From NCBI GenBank assembly GCA_963716255.1, contig OY970303.1:7392001-7456000 (forward strand): a DNA stretch of 64,000 nt, in the 5' to 3' direction. The notes under the pieces were generated by a model that was given only the letters and a program-made list of their open reading frames with translations, made no database searches and was not told the origin of the DNA. The stretch comes from an uncultured Gemmatimonadales bacterium (GTDB lineage Bacteria; Gemmatimonadota; Gemmatimonadetes; Longimicrobiales; Longimicrobiaceae). Every line of letters starts with the position of its first letter. Within the stretch, counting starts at the first letter, position 1. Shown one piece after another: positions 46,069-55,142 of this stretch. A program made the translations under genes and the position numbers.

Positions 46069-47727
46069 CTACGCCACCGCCGCCGCAGCCGCCCGGCCCG
46101 CGGCCCGGCCGGAAAAGATGCAGCCGCCCAGGAAGGTGCCCTCCAGCGCGCGGTAGCCGTGCATCCCCCCGCCCCCGAAGCCGGCCACCTCGCCCGCGGC
46201 GTACAGCCCGGGGAGCGGCTCGCCGTCGGCGCGGAGGACGCGGCCGGCGAGGTCCGTGTGCAGGCCGCCCAGCGTCTTGCGGGTGAGGAGGTTGAGGCGC
46301 ACCGCGATCAGCGGCCCCGCCGCGGGATCCAGCAGCCGGTGCGGCCGGGCCACGCGGATCAGGCGGTCGCCCAGGTAGGCGCGCGCCCCGCGGATGGCCG
46401 TGACCTGCGCGTCCTTGCCGAAGGGGTTGGTGAGCTGCGCGTCGCGGGCGCGCACCTCGCGCTCCACCGCGGCCGGGTCCAGCAGCGGCTCGTCCGTGAG
46501 CGCGTTCATCCCGCGCACCAGCTCGCCCAGCTCCCGCGCCACCACGAAGTCCGCCCCCTTCTGCTTGAACGCCTCCACCGGCGGCGGCGCTCCGGGAAGG
46601 ACGCGCCCCAGCACCTGGCGGATGCTGCGGCCGGTGAGGTCCGGGTTCTGCTCCGAGCCCGAGAGCGCGAATTCCTTTTCGATGATGCGCTGGGTGAGCA
46701 CGAACCACGTGTGGTCGTACCCGGTGGCCACGATGTGCTCCAGCGTCCCCAGCGTGTCGAAGCCGGGGAAGAGCGGCGCCGGAAGGCGCCGGCCCAGCGC
46801 GTCCAGCCACAGCGACGACGGCCCGGGGAGGATGCGGATGCCGTGACCCGTCCACACCGGCGCCCAGTTGTGGATCCCCTCCGTGTAATGCCACATGCGG
46901 TCCGGGTTGATGATGCTCCCGCCCGCCGCCTGCGTCACCGCCAGCATCCGCCCGTCCACGTGGTCCGGCACCCCGGAAAGCATGCGCCGCGGCGGAGGGC
47001 CCATGCGCGCCGGCCAGTTGCGGCGCACCAGCTCGTGGTTGGCGCCGATCCCCCCCGAGGTGACGATCACCGCCTGCGCCCGCAGCGCGAACTCGCCGGC
47101 GACCGCACGGGAGCTGGGCGCGCCGCGCGGGGCGTCGCTGGGCTCCAGGAGCTCGCCGCGGACGCCGTCCACCGCGCCGCCCGTCGTGGTCAGCTCGCTC
47201 ACCCGGTGCCGGAAGCGCAGCGACACCCGCCCGCGCCCCTCCGCCTCCCGCACGCGGGCGATGAACGGCTCCACCACGCCGGGCCCCGTGCCCCAGGTGA
47301 CGTGGAAGCGGGGCACCGAGTTGCCGTGGCCGGTCGCCAGGTAGCCGCCGCGCTCCGCCCACCCCACCACGGGAAAGAAGCGGACGCCGCGCTCGTACAG
47401 CCAGGCGCGCTTCTCCCCCGCGGCGAAGTCCACGTACGCCTCCGCCCAGCGGCGCGGCCACGCGTCCTCCGGCCGGTCGAAGCCCGCGCTCCCCATCCAG
47501 TCCGAGAGCGCCAGCTCGCGCGAGTCGCGGATCTTCATCCGCCGCTGCTCCGGCGAGTCCACCAGGAAGAGCCCGCCGAACGACCAGAACGCCTGCCCCC
47601 CCAGCGACGCCTCGGGCTCCTGGTCCACGACGATGACCTTCCGCCCGGCCTCCGCCAGCTCCGCGGCCGCCACCAGCCCGGCCAGCCCCGCACCCACGAT
47701 GATCACGTCCGCGTCGTCGGCACTCAT
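46069..47727 (-). CDS. FAD-binding dehydrogenase (FAD_binding_2 / KstD-like family)
   Basis: VGAGLAGL, GGQAFWSFGGL, RFHVTWGTGPG, RKTLGGL and LEGTFLGGC. Confidence 0.92.
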   Translation of the reverse strand: MSADDADVIIVGAGLAGLVAAAELAEAGRKVIVVDQEPEASLGGQAFWSFGGLFLVDSPEQRRMKIRDSRELALSDWMGSAGFDRPEDAWPRRWAEAYVDFAAGEKRAWLYERGVRFFPVVGWAERGGYLATGHGNSVPRFHVTWGTGPGVVEPFIARVREAEGRGRVSLRFRHRVSELTTTGGAVDGVRGELLEPSDAPRGAPSSRAVAGEFALRAQAVIVTSGGIGANHELVRRNWPARMGPPPRRMLSGVPDHVDGRMLAVTQAAGGSIINPDRMWHYTEGIHNWAPVWTGHGIRILPGPSSLWLDALGRRLPAPLFPGFDTLGTLEHIVATGYDHTWFVLTQRIIEKEFALSGSEQNPDLTGRSIRQVLGRVLPGAPPPVEAFKQKGADFVVARELGELVRGMNALTDEPLLDPAAVEREVRARDAQLTNPFGKDAQVTAIRGARAYLGDRLIRVARPHRLLDPAAGPLIAVRLNLLTRKTLGGLHTDLAGRVLRADGEPLPGLYAAGEVAGFGGGGMHGYRALEGTFLGGCIFSGRAAGRAAAAAVA

Positions 47728-47771
47728 GTCTGATCGGGTCGGGGTTGGACGGCCATGAAGGACTTACGGCA

Positions 47772-47906
47772 GGATCTGGGCGTGCCCCCGGCTGGCGCCG
47801 GGGTCGGGCTTCGGCTCCGTAAGCCCGCAAACAACGCGGGCTGACGGAGTCGAGCCCCCGCAAACTGCCGCGGGGTCTCGCCCCTTCGGGCCGGAATCCC
47901 TCACGC
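47772..47906 (+). repeat. Repeat family A, copy 9
   Basis: Consensus match; inner stem AGCCCGC/GCGGGCT. Confidence 0.93.
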
Positions 47907-47975
47907 AGGTGCTTGCCCGAACTCAAGACTCAGCAGTCGCGCCCTTTCCCGCAAGACGGGCGAGGTCGCCCCGGC

Positions 47976-49595
47976 TCAGAAGCGCGAGCCCGCCAGCCGC
48001 GTCCCGGAGCGCGCCCACGCCTCCCGGAACTCGGCGCCGGCCGCGTCCGCTTCGGCGGTCCGCCCCTGCGCGCGCAGGGCCAGCTCCAGGCCGGCCAGGC
48101 TCCAGCCGTTGCGCGGCCGGTCTTCCAGCGCGGCGCGGTAGACCCGCTCCGCGTCCGCCGGCCTTCCCGCCTCCAGCAGCGCCGCACCCAGCCAGTCGCG
48201 CGCCGCGAAGGGGAGCGGCTCCGGCTCGTCGTAGACCAGGCCGTCCTCCAGCTCCACCGCCCGCTCCAGCGCCGCGAGCCCCTCCGGCGTCCGGCCCTGC
48301 GACCGCAGCAGCTCGGCGCGCAGGATCCCGCCGACCACCCCCAGCAGGCGCGCGGGGGCGTGGCCGCGCCAGGTGGTGGTCTCGGGCGTGTGCGCGGCGA
48401 GCGAGTCCACCCGCGCCAGGTACGCCGCCGCGCTGTCGCGCTGCCCGCCGCGGAGCCGGGCGTACCCCCGCGCGAAGGACCAAAGGCCGCGGTGCACCGG
48501 GTGCGCCGGGGGGGCGGCGAGTGCCAGCACCTCGCCGAAGCGCCCGAAGCGGAGCCTCGTGAGCGCCTGGAGCCCGGAGCCGTCGCCCGCCGGGGTGAGC
48601 GCGGCGTAGGCGTCCGCCGCCGTCATCGCCTTCGCCTCCTGCCCGTCCACGGACGCGGCGTAGAGGAGCATGTGCAGGTTGTGGCCCGGGTACACCGACA
48701 CCGCCCGCCCCTCCGCCGCCCCGCGGTCCGATTCCCACGCCAGCTCGTTGGAGCGCACCGCGTCGGCCCAGCGCCCCACCCGGTTGTAGGTGTGCGAGGG
48801 CATGTGGTTCAGGTGGCTCGCGCCGGGCATGGCGGTCACCAGCACGTCGGCGCACCGCTGCGCCCGTCCCGCGCGGGGCGTGCTTTCCGTGGCGTGGATG
48901 AAGGTGTGGCACACGCCGGGGTGGGCCACGTCGGCGGCGAGGGCGCTTTCCAGCACCGCGTGGATGCGCGCCACGGACGGCTTCTCCACGCTCCAGTTGC
49001 CGCGGCGCGGCTCCAGCAGCATCAGCGCGTCCGCGTACAGGGCGGCCACCTCCGGGCTGTCCGGGAAGCGCGCGTACACCCCCTCCATCGCCCGGGCGTA
49101 GGCGCTGTCCAGCCCCTTGCGGCCCGCGGCGCCGTGCGACTCGCGGTAGCGCACGGCCATGGCGCCGGCGAGCGCCCGCTCCAGCGGCGTCCCCCGCGCG
49201 GCGGCCAGCTCGCGGGCGCGCCGGGCGGCGGCGGTGGCCTCCGGCGCGTCGGCGTCGGCCATCGCGCCGTTGAGGTACGGGCCCATGGACCACGCCTCGC
49301 CCCACCAGCACAGGGCGCACTCCGGGTCGCGCCGCCGCGCCTCCGCGAAGGAGCGCCGCGCCTCCGGGAGCGCGAAGGCGTACATCAGCTTCACCCCCTG
49401 GTCGAAGTACGCCTGCGCTTCGCCCGAGGCGGTTCCGGCCGGCCACGAGAAGGCGCCCAGCGCCGCCCCGTACAGCGGCACCGGCGCGCCGTCCGCCGCC
49501 GGGGTGGGGCCGCCGTGGTGCTGCTGAGCAGGCAGAGGACCGGCCCGGACGGCGAGGGCGAGGAGCGGGAGGAGGACGGCGAGGAGACGGGGCAT
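47976..49595 (-). CDS. Secreted TPR-like protein, paralog of 42247-43968
   Basis: AQAYFDQG, HPGVCHTFIHATE, SHLNHMPSHTY, YDEPEP and NGWSL. Confidence 0.85.
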   Translation of the reverse strand: MPRLLAVLLPLLALAVRAGPLPAQQHHGGPTPAADGAPVPLYGAALGAFSWPAGTASGEAQAYFDQGVKLMYAFALPEARRSFAEARRRDPECALCWWGEAWSMGPYLNGAMADADAPEATAAARRARELAAARGTPLERALAGAMAVRYRESHGAAGRKGLDSAYARAMEGVYARFPDSPEVAALYADALMLLEPRRGNWSVEKPSVARIHAVLESALAADVAHPGVCHTFIHATESTPRAGRAQRCADVLVTAMPGASHLNHMPSHTYNRVGRWADAVRSNELAWESDRGAAEGRAVSVYPGHNLHMLLYAASVDGQEAKAMTAADAYAALTPAGDGSGLQALTRLRFGRFGEVLALAAPPAHPVHRGLWSFARGYARLRGGQRDSAAAYLARVDSLAAHTPETTTWRGHAPARLLGVVGGILRAELLRSQGRTPEGLAALERAVELEDGLVYDEPEPLPFAARDWLGAALLEAGRPADAERVYRAALEDRPRNGWSLAGLELALRAQGRTAEADAAGAEFREAWARSGTRLAGSRF

Positions 49596-49693
49596 GCGTG
49601 CTCGGGGGCGGCGGGGGAGCGGGACCGGGGACCGCGTCAACATATCGCCTTCGCGCACGGACGACGAGCGGTGCGGTGACGGCATCGAACGGC

Positions 49694-49747
49694 GGGTTCG
49701 GGCGCGTCCCCGGCTGGCGCCGGGGTCGGGCTTCGCGCTGGCGTCCG
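49694..49747 (+). repeat. Repeat family A, internally deleted copy
   Basis: 5' arm up to GGGCTTC joined directly to the usual 3' flank GCGCTGGCGTCCG. Confidence 0.75.
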
Positions 49748-49913
49748 TTGGAAGCATGCTCGCCATGGCGAAGATCGTCCCCCGCCAGAACCCCGATCTG
49801 GGACTCGGACGCCCCGACCGGGACATGACATCCACGGTTCAGGAGAACTACGGATCCTGCTGCCTTAGCCATAATTATTTTCACCGTATTGATTTAACGC
49901 ATTCAGTCTGGAA

Positions 49914-49929
49914 AGGTACGCATGTTGCT
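49914..49929 (+). promoter_or_regulatory. Putative sigma54 promoter
   Basis: AGGTACGCATGTTGCT = GG-N10-GC with TTGC, 60 bp before ATG 49989; AT-rich tract upstream. Confidence 0.6.
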
Positions 49930-49988
49930 GTCATTTTCTTTCGCTGCCAAGCAGTCCTTCCACCCCACCTCCCCAAGGAGAACGGCAC

Positions 49989-50609
49989 ATGCGCCACACT
50001 CTCAGCCTGGGCCTGGTCCTCGTCCTCGCCGCGGCGGCCTGCTCGCCGGACGCGACCCCGCTCGCCCCCGCCGACGAGGCCCCGCGGCTGGCAGCCGCGG
50101 CCGCACCCCCGCCCGCGTGCCTGGACTTCAACGTGCCGCCGCTGGGAACCGCCTACGGTGGGGGGTTCGGGACCCCGGTGGGGGTGCCGCAGTGGGTGGA
50201 GAACGGGATCACCGCGGCGGTGGTGCCGTACCAGCCGGGGGCGCTCTACGCGGAGGCCCGGGTCGTCCTGCCGCCGGTGCCGTTCGGCGCCGGGCCGACG
50301 GGGCGCGCCCGCAGCATCAACTGGCAGTTCGACTTCACCGGACTCCCGTTCGTCCCCAAGACGGTCACCTTCGACTGGCTTGACCAGGGCACCCCGTCCC
50401 CGGTGGAGAACCTGGCGGTGAACGCCAGCCCCCTCTTCATCGGGCAGATCCACGCGCCCCCGGCGGTCATGGCGGGGATCGTGGTCGGGACCTCGGTGGT
50501 GGCGGCACCCGGGGGCCTGAAGGGGACCATGAAGCTGACCGGTCCCGTGCAGCGCGTGGTGGTGGGCGGACAGCCGGTGTGGATCGACCACGTCTGCGCC
50601 TATCCGTGA
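49989..50609 (+). CDS. Hypothetical lipoprotein
   Basis: AAGGAG RBS; lipobox AAAAC; beta-rich mature region. Confidence 0.8.
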   Translation: MRHTLSLGLVLVLAAAACSPDATPLAPADEAPRLAAAAAPPPACLDFNVPPLGTAYGGGFGTPVGVPQWVENGITAAVVPYQPGALYAEARVVLPPVPFGAGPTGRARSINWQFDFTGLPFVPKTVTFDWLDQGTPSPVENLAVNASPLFIGQIHAPPAVMAGIVVGTSVVAAPGGLKGTMKLTGPVQRVVVGGQPVWIDHVCAYP

Positions 50610-50675
50610 CCCTCCCGGCGCGGCGGTACGAAGCACGGACGTGAGCCGTCCCGGCGCTCGAGGGCCGGGAAACGA

Positions 50676-50714
50676 AGCAGCCCTCCGATGGCGACACGCC
50701 GTCGGAGGGCTGCT
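50676..50714. terminator. Hairpin between convergent genes
   Basis: AGCAGCCCTCCGATGGCG-ACA-CGCCGTCGGAGGGCTGCT. Confidence 0.65.
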
Positions 50715-50768
50715 GTACGAGGAGGACCGCGCGTGAGCCTGGCGACGAGCCTGCTCTCGCCCCGCGCG

Positions 50769-51995
50769 TCACACGGGGTCGGCGACCCGCTCGGGGCGCG
50801 GGGCGCGCGCGCGTCCGGGGAGCCGCCGGCGGCGGCCCCGCCACGCCGCCAGGCGGCGCAGCGACAGCGAGATCCCCGTCACCACCAGCACCGCGGCGCC
50901 CAGCGACACCAGCCCCGCGAGCGTCTGCCCGGGAAGGCCCAGGACCTCGCCGGTGTGCGCGAAGCGGAGGATGCTGCGCAGCCTGCGTCCCGGCGTGCCG
51001 GCGGAGAACGGCTCCCACTTCACGACTGCGCCGGTGGCGCGGTCCAGCGTCAGGGTGGCGCGCTTCTGCGGCTGCCCGCCGCTCCCCCGGTCGATATTGA
51101 AGGCCACGGGCGCGTCCGCCTCGCCGGGGAGCTGCATGGAGATGCTGCGCCACCCCTGCACCCTGCGGCTCGCCGTCGCCCAGAGCGGGTCGATGCCCGC
51201 CAGCGGCGGCGCGGCCTCCGCGCCGCCTGCCGCTCCACCGCCGCCTCCGCGCGGGGCTCCGCCGCCGGGAGGCCCGCCGCCCGGACCGCCGCGGGCCGCG
51301 GGCGGGTCCTCTCCCACGGCGCGGTAGACGAGGTCGCTGGCCCACGGGTACGAGATCACCACCGCGGACGCCACGACGACGGCGAGCGGCACGCACGACC
51401 AGAAGCCGATGACGTTGTGCCAGTTGAAGTCGCGCGCCCTGGGCGACAGCCCGACCTGGAACCAGGTGACGCCGCGGAGCACCCGGCGCGTCCAGTTGCG
51501 CGGCCACCACAGGTAGAAGCCGCTCAGCACCAGGAAGAGGAAGCCCAGGTTGGCCGCGCCGGTGATCGCCTTGCCGGTGTCGCGGCTCTCGTCGCCGGCG
51601 GCGAGCCAGCGGTGCCAGTCGGTGACGCCGCGGAAGAAGGCGCGCACGCCGACCGCGCCCTGGCCCAGCACGGCGCCGGTGTACGGGTCCACGAACACCG
51701 TCTTTTCCCGCCCGAACGCGACCTCCACCGGCCGGTCCTCACCGGCGCGCCAGGTGACCGCGGAGGGCTTTCCCGCCTCGGCGCGGAGCACGCCCGCGAG
51801 CAGCGCCTCCGGCCCCAGCCGCTCCGCCCCGGCCGGGGGAGGCGACACCTCGTAGGCGCGCGCGTTGGCCCACGCGAGCACCTGCTTCTCGTAGGTGAGC
51901 AGCACGCCGGTGACGGACATGACGAGCACCACCACCCCGGCGGCGACGCCGGTGGCGAGGTGGAGCCAGAAGATCGCTTTGCGGAACAGCGCCAT
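50769..51995 (-). CDS. PepSY-associated TM helix domain protein
   Basis: FWLHLATG, SVTGVLL, VFVDPYTG, DWHRWL, SGFYLWWPR, NWHNVIGFW and FAHTGE. Confidence 0.92.
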   Translation of the reverse strand: MALFRKAIFWLHLATGVAAGVVVLVMSVTGVLLTYEKQVLAWANARAYEVSPPPAGAERLGPEALLAGVLRAEAGKPSAVTWRAGEDRPVEVAFGREKTVFVDPYTGAVLGQGAVGVRAFFRGVTDWHRWLAAGDESRDTGKAITGAANLGFLFLVLSGFYLWWPRNWTRRVLRGVTWFQVGLSPRARDFNWHNVIGFWSCVPLAVVVASAVVISYPWASDLVYRAVGEDPPAARGGPGGGPPGGGAPRGGGGGAAGGAEAAPPLAGIDPLWATASRRVQGWRSISMQLPGEADAPVAFNIDRGSGGQPQKRATLTLDRATGAVVKWEPFSAGTPGRRLRSILRFAHTGEVLGLPGQTLAGLVSLGAAVLVVTGISLSLRRLAAWRGRRRRLPGRARAPRPERVADPV

Positions 51996-52029
51996 AGGTC
52001 TGGAACGAGTGCGTGAGTGTAACGGCGGG

Positions 52030-52182
52030 TCCTCACCCGGCTCGCTTGAGGCTCGCCACCCTCTCCCTTCATACGGTTCACGTGAAGCGTGAAGCGCCAT
52101 TCTGGGAGAGGGGCAACTGCTTGAGCCGGTGTAGTTCTCCCCCTCTCCCGCTTGCGGGGGAGGGGGCCGGGGGGAGGGGGCC
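52030..52182. repeat. Family B hairpins (B2 then inverted B1)
   Basis: CCTCACCCGGCTCGCTTGAGGCTCGCCACCCTCTCCC and CTCCCCCTCTCCCGCTTGCGGGGGAGGGGGCCGGGGGGAGGGG. Confidence 0.8.
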
Positions 52183-52189
52183 TGCCGTC

Positions 52190-52325
52190 GCGTGAGGGAT
52201 TCGCGCCCGGAGGGGCGAGACCGCGCGGCTGTTTGCGCGGGCTCGCCGGAGTTGCGCACGGTCGTATCGTGCGTTACTCCGCGCGAAGCCCGACCCCGGC
52301 GCCAGCCGGGGGCACGCCCGAACCC
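52190..52325 (-). repeat. Repeat family A, divergent copy with multiple compensatory changes
   Basis: CTCCGT/ACGGAG stem replaced by CGGAGT/ACTCCG; TTCGG/CCGAA replaced by TTCGCGC/GCGCGAA. Confidence 0.88.
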
Positions 52326-52365
52326 GCCGTGAATCCTTGAAGATACCTCCACCCACGCCGCCCTG

Positions 52366-53169
52366 TCACCCCACGCGGACGCCCAGGTTGATCACGCCCG
52401 CGTACCCGTCGCCGTCGCGCGTGGCCTGGAGCGTGAGCGCGCTCTTCTCGGCGGAGTTCAGGCTGTTGTAGATGCCGTCGCTGGTGTTGACGACGTTGCG
52501 GCGGCCCTTGCTGGCATAGGGGCTCTGCGCGTGCACCGTGTCGGTGAGCGTCTCGTCGAAGAAGAACTGCGACGTGAACTCGTAGGTGCGCGTGGTGCCG
52601 GCGAACAGGCGCAGCTTGAAGTGCACGTGCACGGCGCGACCGGAGTACCAGCCGGGGTACACGGAGGTGAAGTCGGCGACCCCGGCGGCGTCGGTGACCT
52701 GGTAGCCGCGCAGGAACTTGCGCCCGGCGCCGCCGCCGGACACGTCGGAGTAGGCGCCGGCGGCGTCGCAGTGCCACACGTCCAGGTACGCGCCGGTGAG
52801 TGGCGTGCAGGCGCTGCCGTCCACGCGCATGACGTTGAACTTGAGCTTGAGCAGCGTGCCGGCGGAAACGGCGCCGCTGGCCGGGTCGGAGCGGATGTCG
52901 GAGCGGTTCAGCTTCTCGTCCACGAAGTACGGGCCCTCGGTGAGCGCGGCCGTCTGCACGCACGAGGTGCCGGCGGAGCCGCCGGTGCCGGTGCCCGCCC
53001 CGGTGCCGGTCTCGCCGCCGACGGCGTCGGTGACGCCGTCGGCGCAGCTCACCAGCGCCTGCGACACCACCACGGTTGCGGCTCCGCGGGCCGCGAACCC
53101 CAGCAGGTCGCGGCGGCTGAGCCGGGTGCGCAGCGAGGAGGCGAGGCCGGGCTTGTCGTTGCTCTGCAT
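52366..53169 (-). CDS. Tat-exported intradiol ring-cleavage dioxygenase-like protein
   Basis: LSRRDLL Tat motif; TEGPYF, WHCDAAGAYS, FLRGYQVTD and PGWYSGRAVHVHFK. Confidence 0.88.
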   Translation of the reverse strand: MQSNDKPGLASSLRTRLSRRDLLGFAARGAATVVVSQALVSCADGVTDAVGGETGTGAGTGTGGSAGTSCVQTAALTEGPYFVDEKLNRSDIRSDPASGAVSAGTLLKLKFNVMRVDGSACTPLTGAYLDVWHCDAAGAYSDVSGGGAGRKFLRGYQVTDAAGVADFTSVYPGWYSGRAVHVHFKLRLFAGTTRTYEFTSQFFFDETLTDTVHAQSPYASKGRRNVVNTSDGIYNSLNSAEKSALTLQATRDGDGYAGVINLGVRVG

Positions 53170-53240
53170 GGGAGGGCTCCTGGATCGGGGTGTGCCGCGG
53201 CGGATCGGTCCGTGGGGGCCGCCGCCCGGCCCACTGCAAA

Positions 53241-53256
53241 AGCAACCCTCGTTCCC
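53241..53256 (-). promoter_or_regulatory. Putative sigma54 promoter for the dioxygenase-like/PepSY genes
   Basis: Minus strand GGGAACGAGGGTTGCT = GG-N10-GC, ~70 bp upstream of ATG 53169. Confidence 0.65.
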
Positions 53257-53310
53257 CGCCGTAAACCCTTGCGGCGCAACGTTTTTTCGTGTGCGGGCGG
53301 ATCCCCCGGC

Positions 53311-53349
53311 GTGCGGAATCCGCACCCGGGACTGCGGATTCCGCAGTCC
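53311..53349. promoter_or_regulatory. Tandem palindromic operator/enhancer sites TGCGGAWTCCGCA
   Basis: GTGCGGAATCCGCAC (53311-53325) and GGACTGCGGATTCCGCAGTCC (53329-53349); centres 21 bp apart. Confidence 0.7.
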
Positions 53350-53473
53350 TCCCCGCACGGCCGCCGTCCGGCTTCCCTTGCGGCGCAACGATTTGCGCGC
53401 GGCACGCGGGGTGCCCTGTGGATGGGGAGCGCGCGGGATCGTCCGGCGCGCGGGAGCCGCAGCGGAGACACGG

Positions 53474-54772
53474 ATGGAAAGGAGACTGGTACGGACCGCC
53501 GCCCGCCTCGGCTGGCTGGTGCCGACGCTCGCCCTGGCGGCGGCGCTGGTGGCTGGCTCGTGGGCCAACTACCGTGCGGTGCGCGCCGCGGTGGCCCCCC
53601 TGAACCGCGGCCAGGTGCAGCTGATCAGCGCGGCGCTGCGCGAGGAGTTCCACCCCTGGAACGCGGTGGACGCCGCGGCGCTGCGGCGCTTCCTGGACGC
53701 GAACGCGGCCACGGGGGTGCGCTACGTGGCGCTGTACGACCCCGGCCTGCCGGTGCTGAGCGCGGGGGAGCCCGCGGACGGCGGGGCGCCGGGCGGGGGC
53801 GACTCGCTGGCGGGCGCGCCGGAGCTGCTGGTGGACCTGGGCGGCCGCCTGCGCGCCACACTCCCCCGGCCGCCGCGGGGCGCGCGCACGCAGCAGGGAG
53901 GCCCCGGAGGTCCGGGCGGGGTGAGGGGTGAAGGAGGGCCCCCGGGGCCGGACCGCGGGCCGCAGTCGTACACGCTGGTCGAGTTCGAGCCGGTGGTGGC
54001 GAGCGCGCTGGTGTCGCGGGCCCGGAGCTCGCTGGCGCTGGCGTGCGCGGGAGCTGCGATCCTGACTCTGGCGGCGCTGGTCTTCTGGCGGTCTTCGGCG
54101 CGCTACGAGCGGGCGCGGCTGCGGCTGGAGGAGCAGAAGCGGCTCACGCAGTTGGGCGAGATGTCGGCGGTGATGGCGCACGAGATCCGCAACCCGCTGG
54201 CGTCGCTCAAGGGCAACGCGCAGCTCCTGGCGGAGCGGCTGGAGGAGGGGACGCGCGAGCGGCGGCGGGCGGACCGGGTGGTGGGCGAGGCGACGCGGCT
54301 GGAGGCGCTGACGGCGGACCTGCTGGACTTTGCCCGCACCGGCCCCATCGACCGGCGCCCGGCGGACCCGGCGGCACTGCTGCGCGCCGCCGCGGACGAG
54401 GCCACGGGGGGCGCGGCGGAGGTGGACGCGGGCGCGGCGCCGGAGCGCTGGCCGCTGGACGCGGCGCGGATCCGGCAGGCGCTGGTGAACCTGCTGCGCA
54501 ACGCGGCCCAGGTGACGCCCGCGGGGCGGCCGCCGGTGGCGCGGGTCGCGCGGGAGGGAGGGGGGCTGGTGTTCACGGTGCGCGACTTCGGCCCGGGACT
54601 GGCGGCGGGGGAGCGGGAGCGCATCTTCGATCCGTTCTACACCACGCGCACCACCGGCACGGGGCTGGGGCTCCCGGTGGCCCGCCGCGTGGCCGAGATG
54701 CACGGCGGCACGCTGGACGCGGACAACCACCCGGACGGCGGCGCGGTTTTTCGCATCGTTCTGCCGCCGTGA
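53474..54772 (+). CDS. Membrane sensor histidine kinase (NtrB/ZraS-like)
   Basis: Two TMs; AHEIRNPLASLKG, NLLRNA, DFGPG and GTGLGL. Confidence 0.92.
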   Translation: MERRLVRTAARLGWLVPTLALAAALVAGSWANYRAVRAAVAPLNRGQVQLISAALREEFHPWNAVDAAALRRFLDANAATGVRYVALYDPGLPVLSAGEPADGGAPGGGDSLAGAPELLVDLGGRLRATLPRPPRGARTQQGGPGGPGGVRGEGGPPGPDRGPQSYTLVEFEPVVASALVSRARSSLALACAGAAILTLAALVFWRSSARYERARLRLEEQKRLTQLGEMSAVMAHEIRNPLASLKGNAQLLAERLEEGTRERRRADRVVGEATRLEALTADLLDFARTGPIDRRPADPAALLRAAADEATGGAAEVDAGAAPERWPLDAARIRQALVNLLRNAAQVTPAGRPPVARVAREGGGLVFTVRDFGPGLAAGERERIFDPFYTTRTTGTGLGLPVARRVAEMHGGTLDADNHPDGGAVFRIVLPP

Positions 54773-54803
54773 CGGGACGGCACGTTGAACGACTTTGAAG
54801 TGC

Positions 54804-54943
54804 GGGTTCGGGCGTGCCCCCGGCGGGGCGCCGGGGTCGGGCTTCGGCTCCGTAACGCACGAAACGACCGTGCGTAACGGAGTCGAGCCCCGGCGGAAAC
54901 AGCCCCGCCGGGTCTCGCCCCTTCGGGCCGAAATCCCTCACGC
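54804..54943 (+). repeat. Repeat family A, copy between kinase and regulator
   Basis: Consensus match; inner stem ACGCACG/CGTGCGT. Confidence 0.93.
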
Positions 54944-54968
54944 GGGGTTCGTGCTGGCGTCGGCTGGG

Positions 54969-55093
54969 GCCCCCTCCCCCCGGCCCCCTCCCCCGCAAGC
55001 GGGAGAGGGGGAGCACGGCATTGAACCCGCAGTTGGCCCCCTCTCCCAGAATTGGGAGAGGGTGGCGAGCCTCAAGCGAGCCGGGTGAGGGCC
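54969..55093. repeat. Family B hairpins (B1 then inverted B2)
   Basis: Same arrangement as 5211-5348. Confidence 0.82.
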
Positions 55094-55142
55094 GTTGTCG
55101 CAGGCTGTTCCCTATTCCCTGTCCCCTGTTCCCTGGTTTTCT

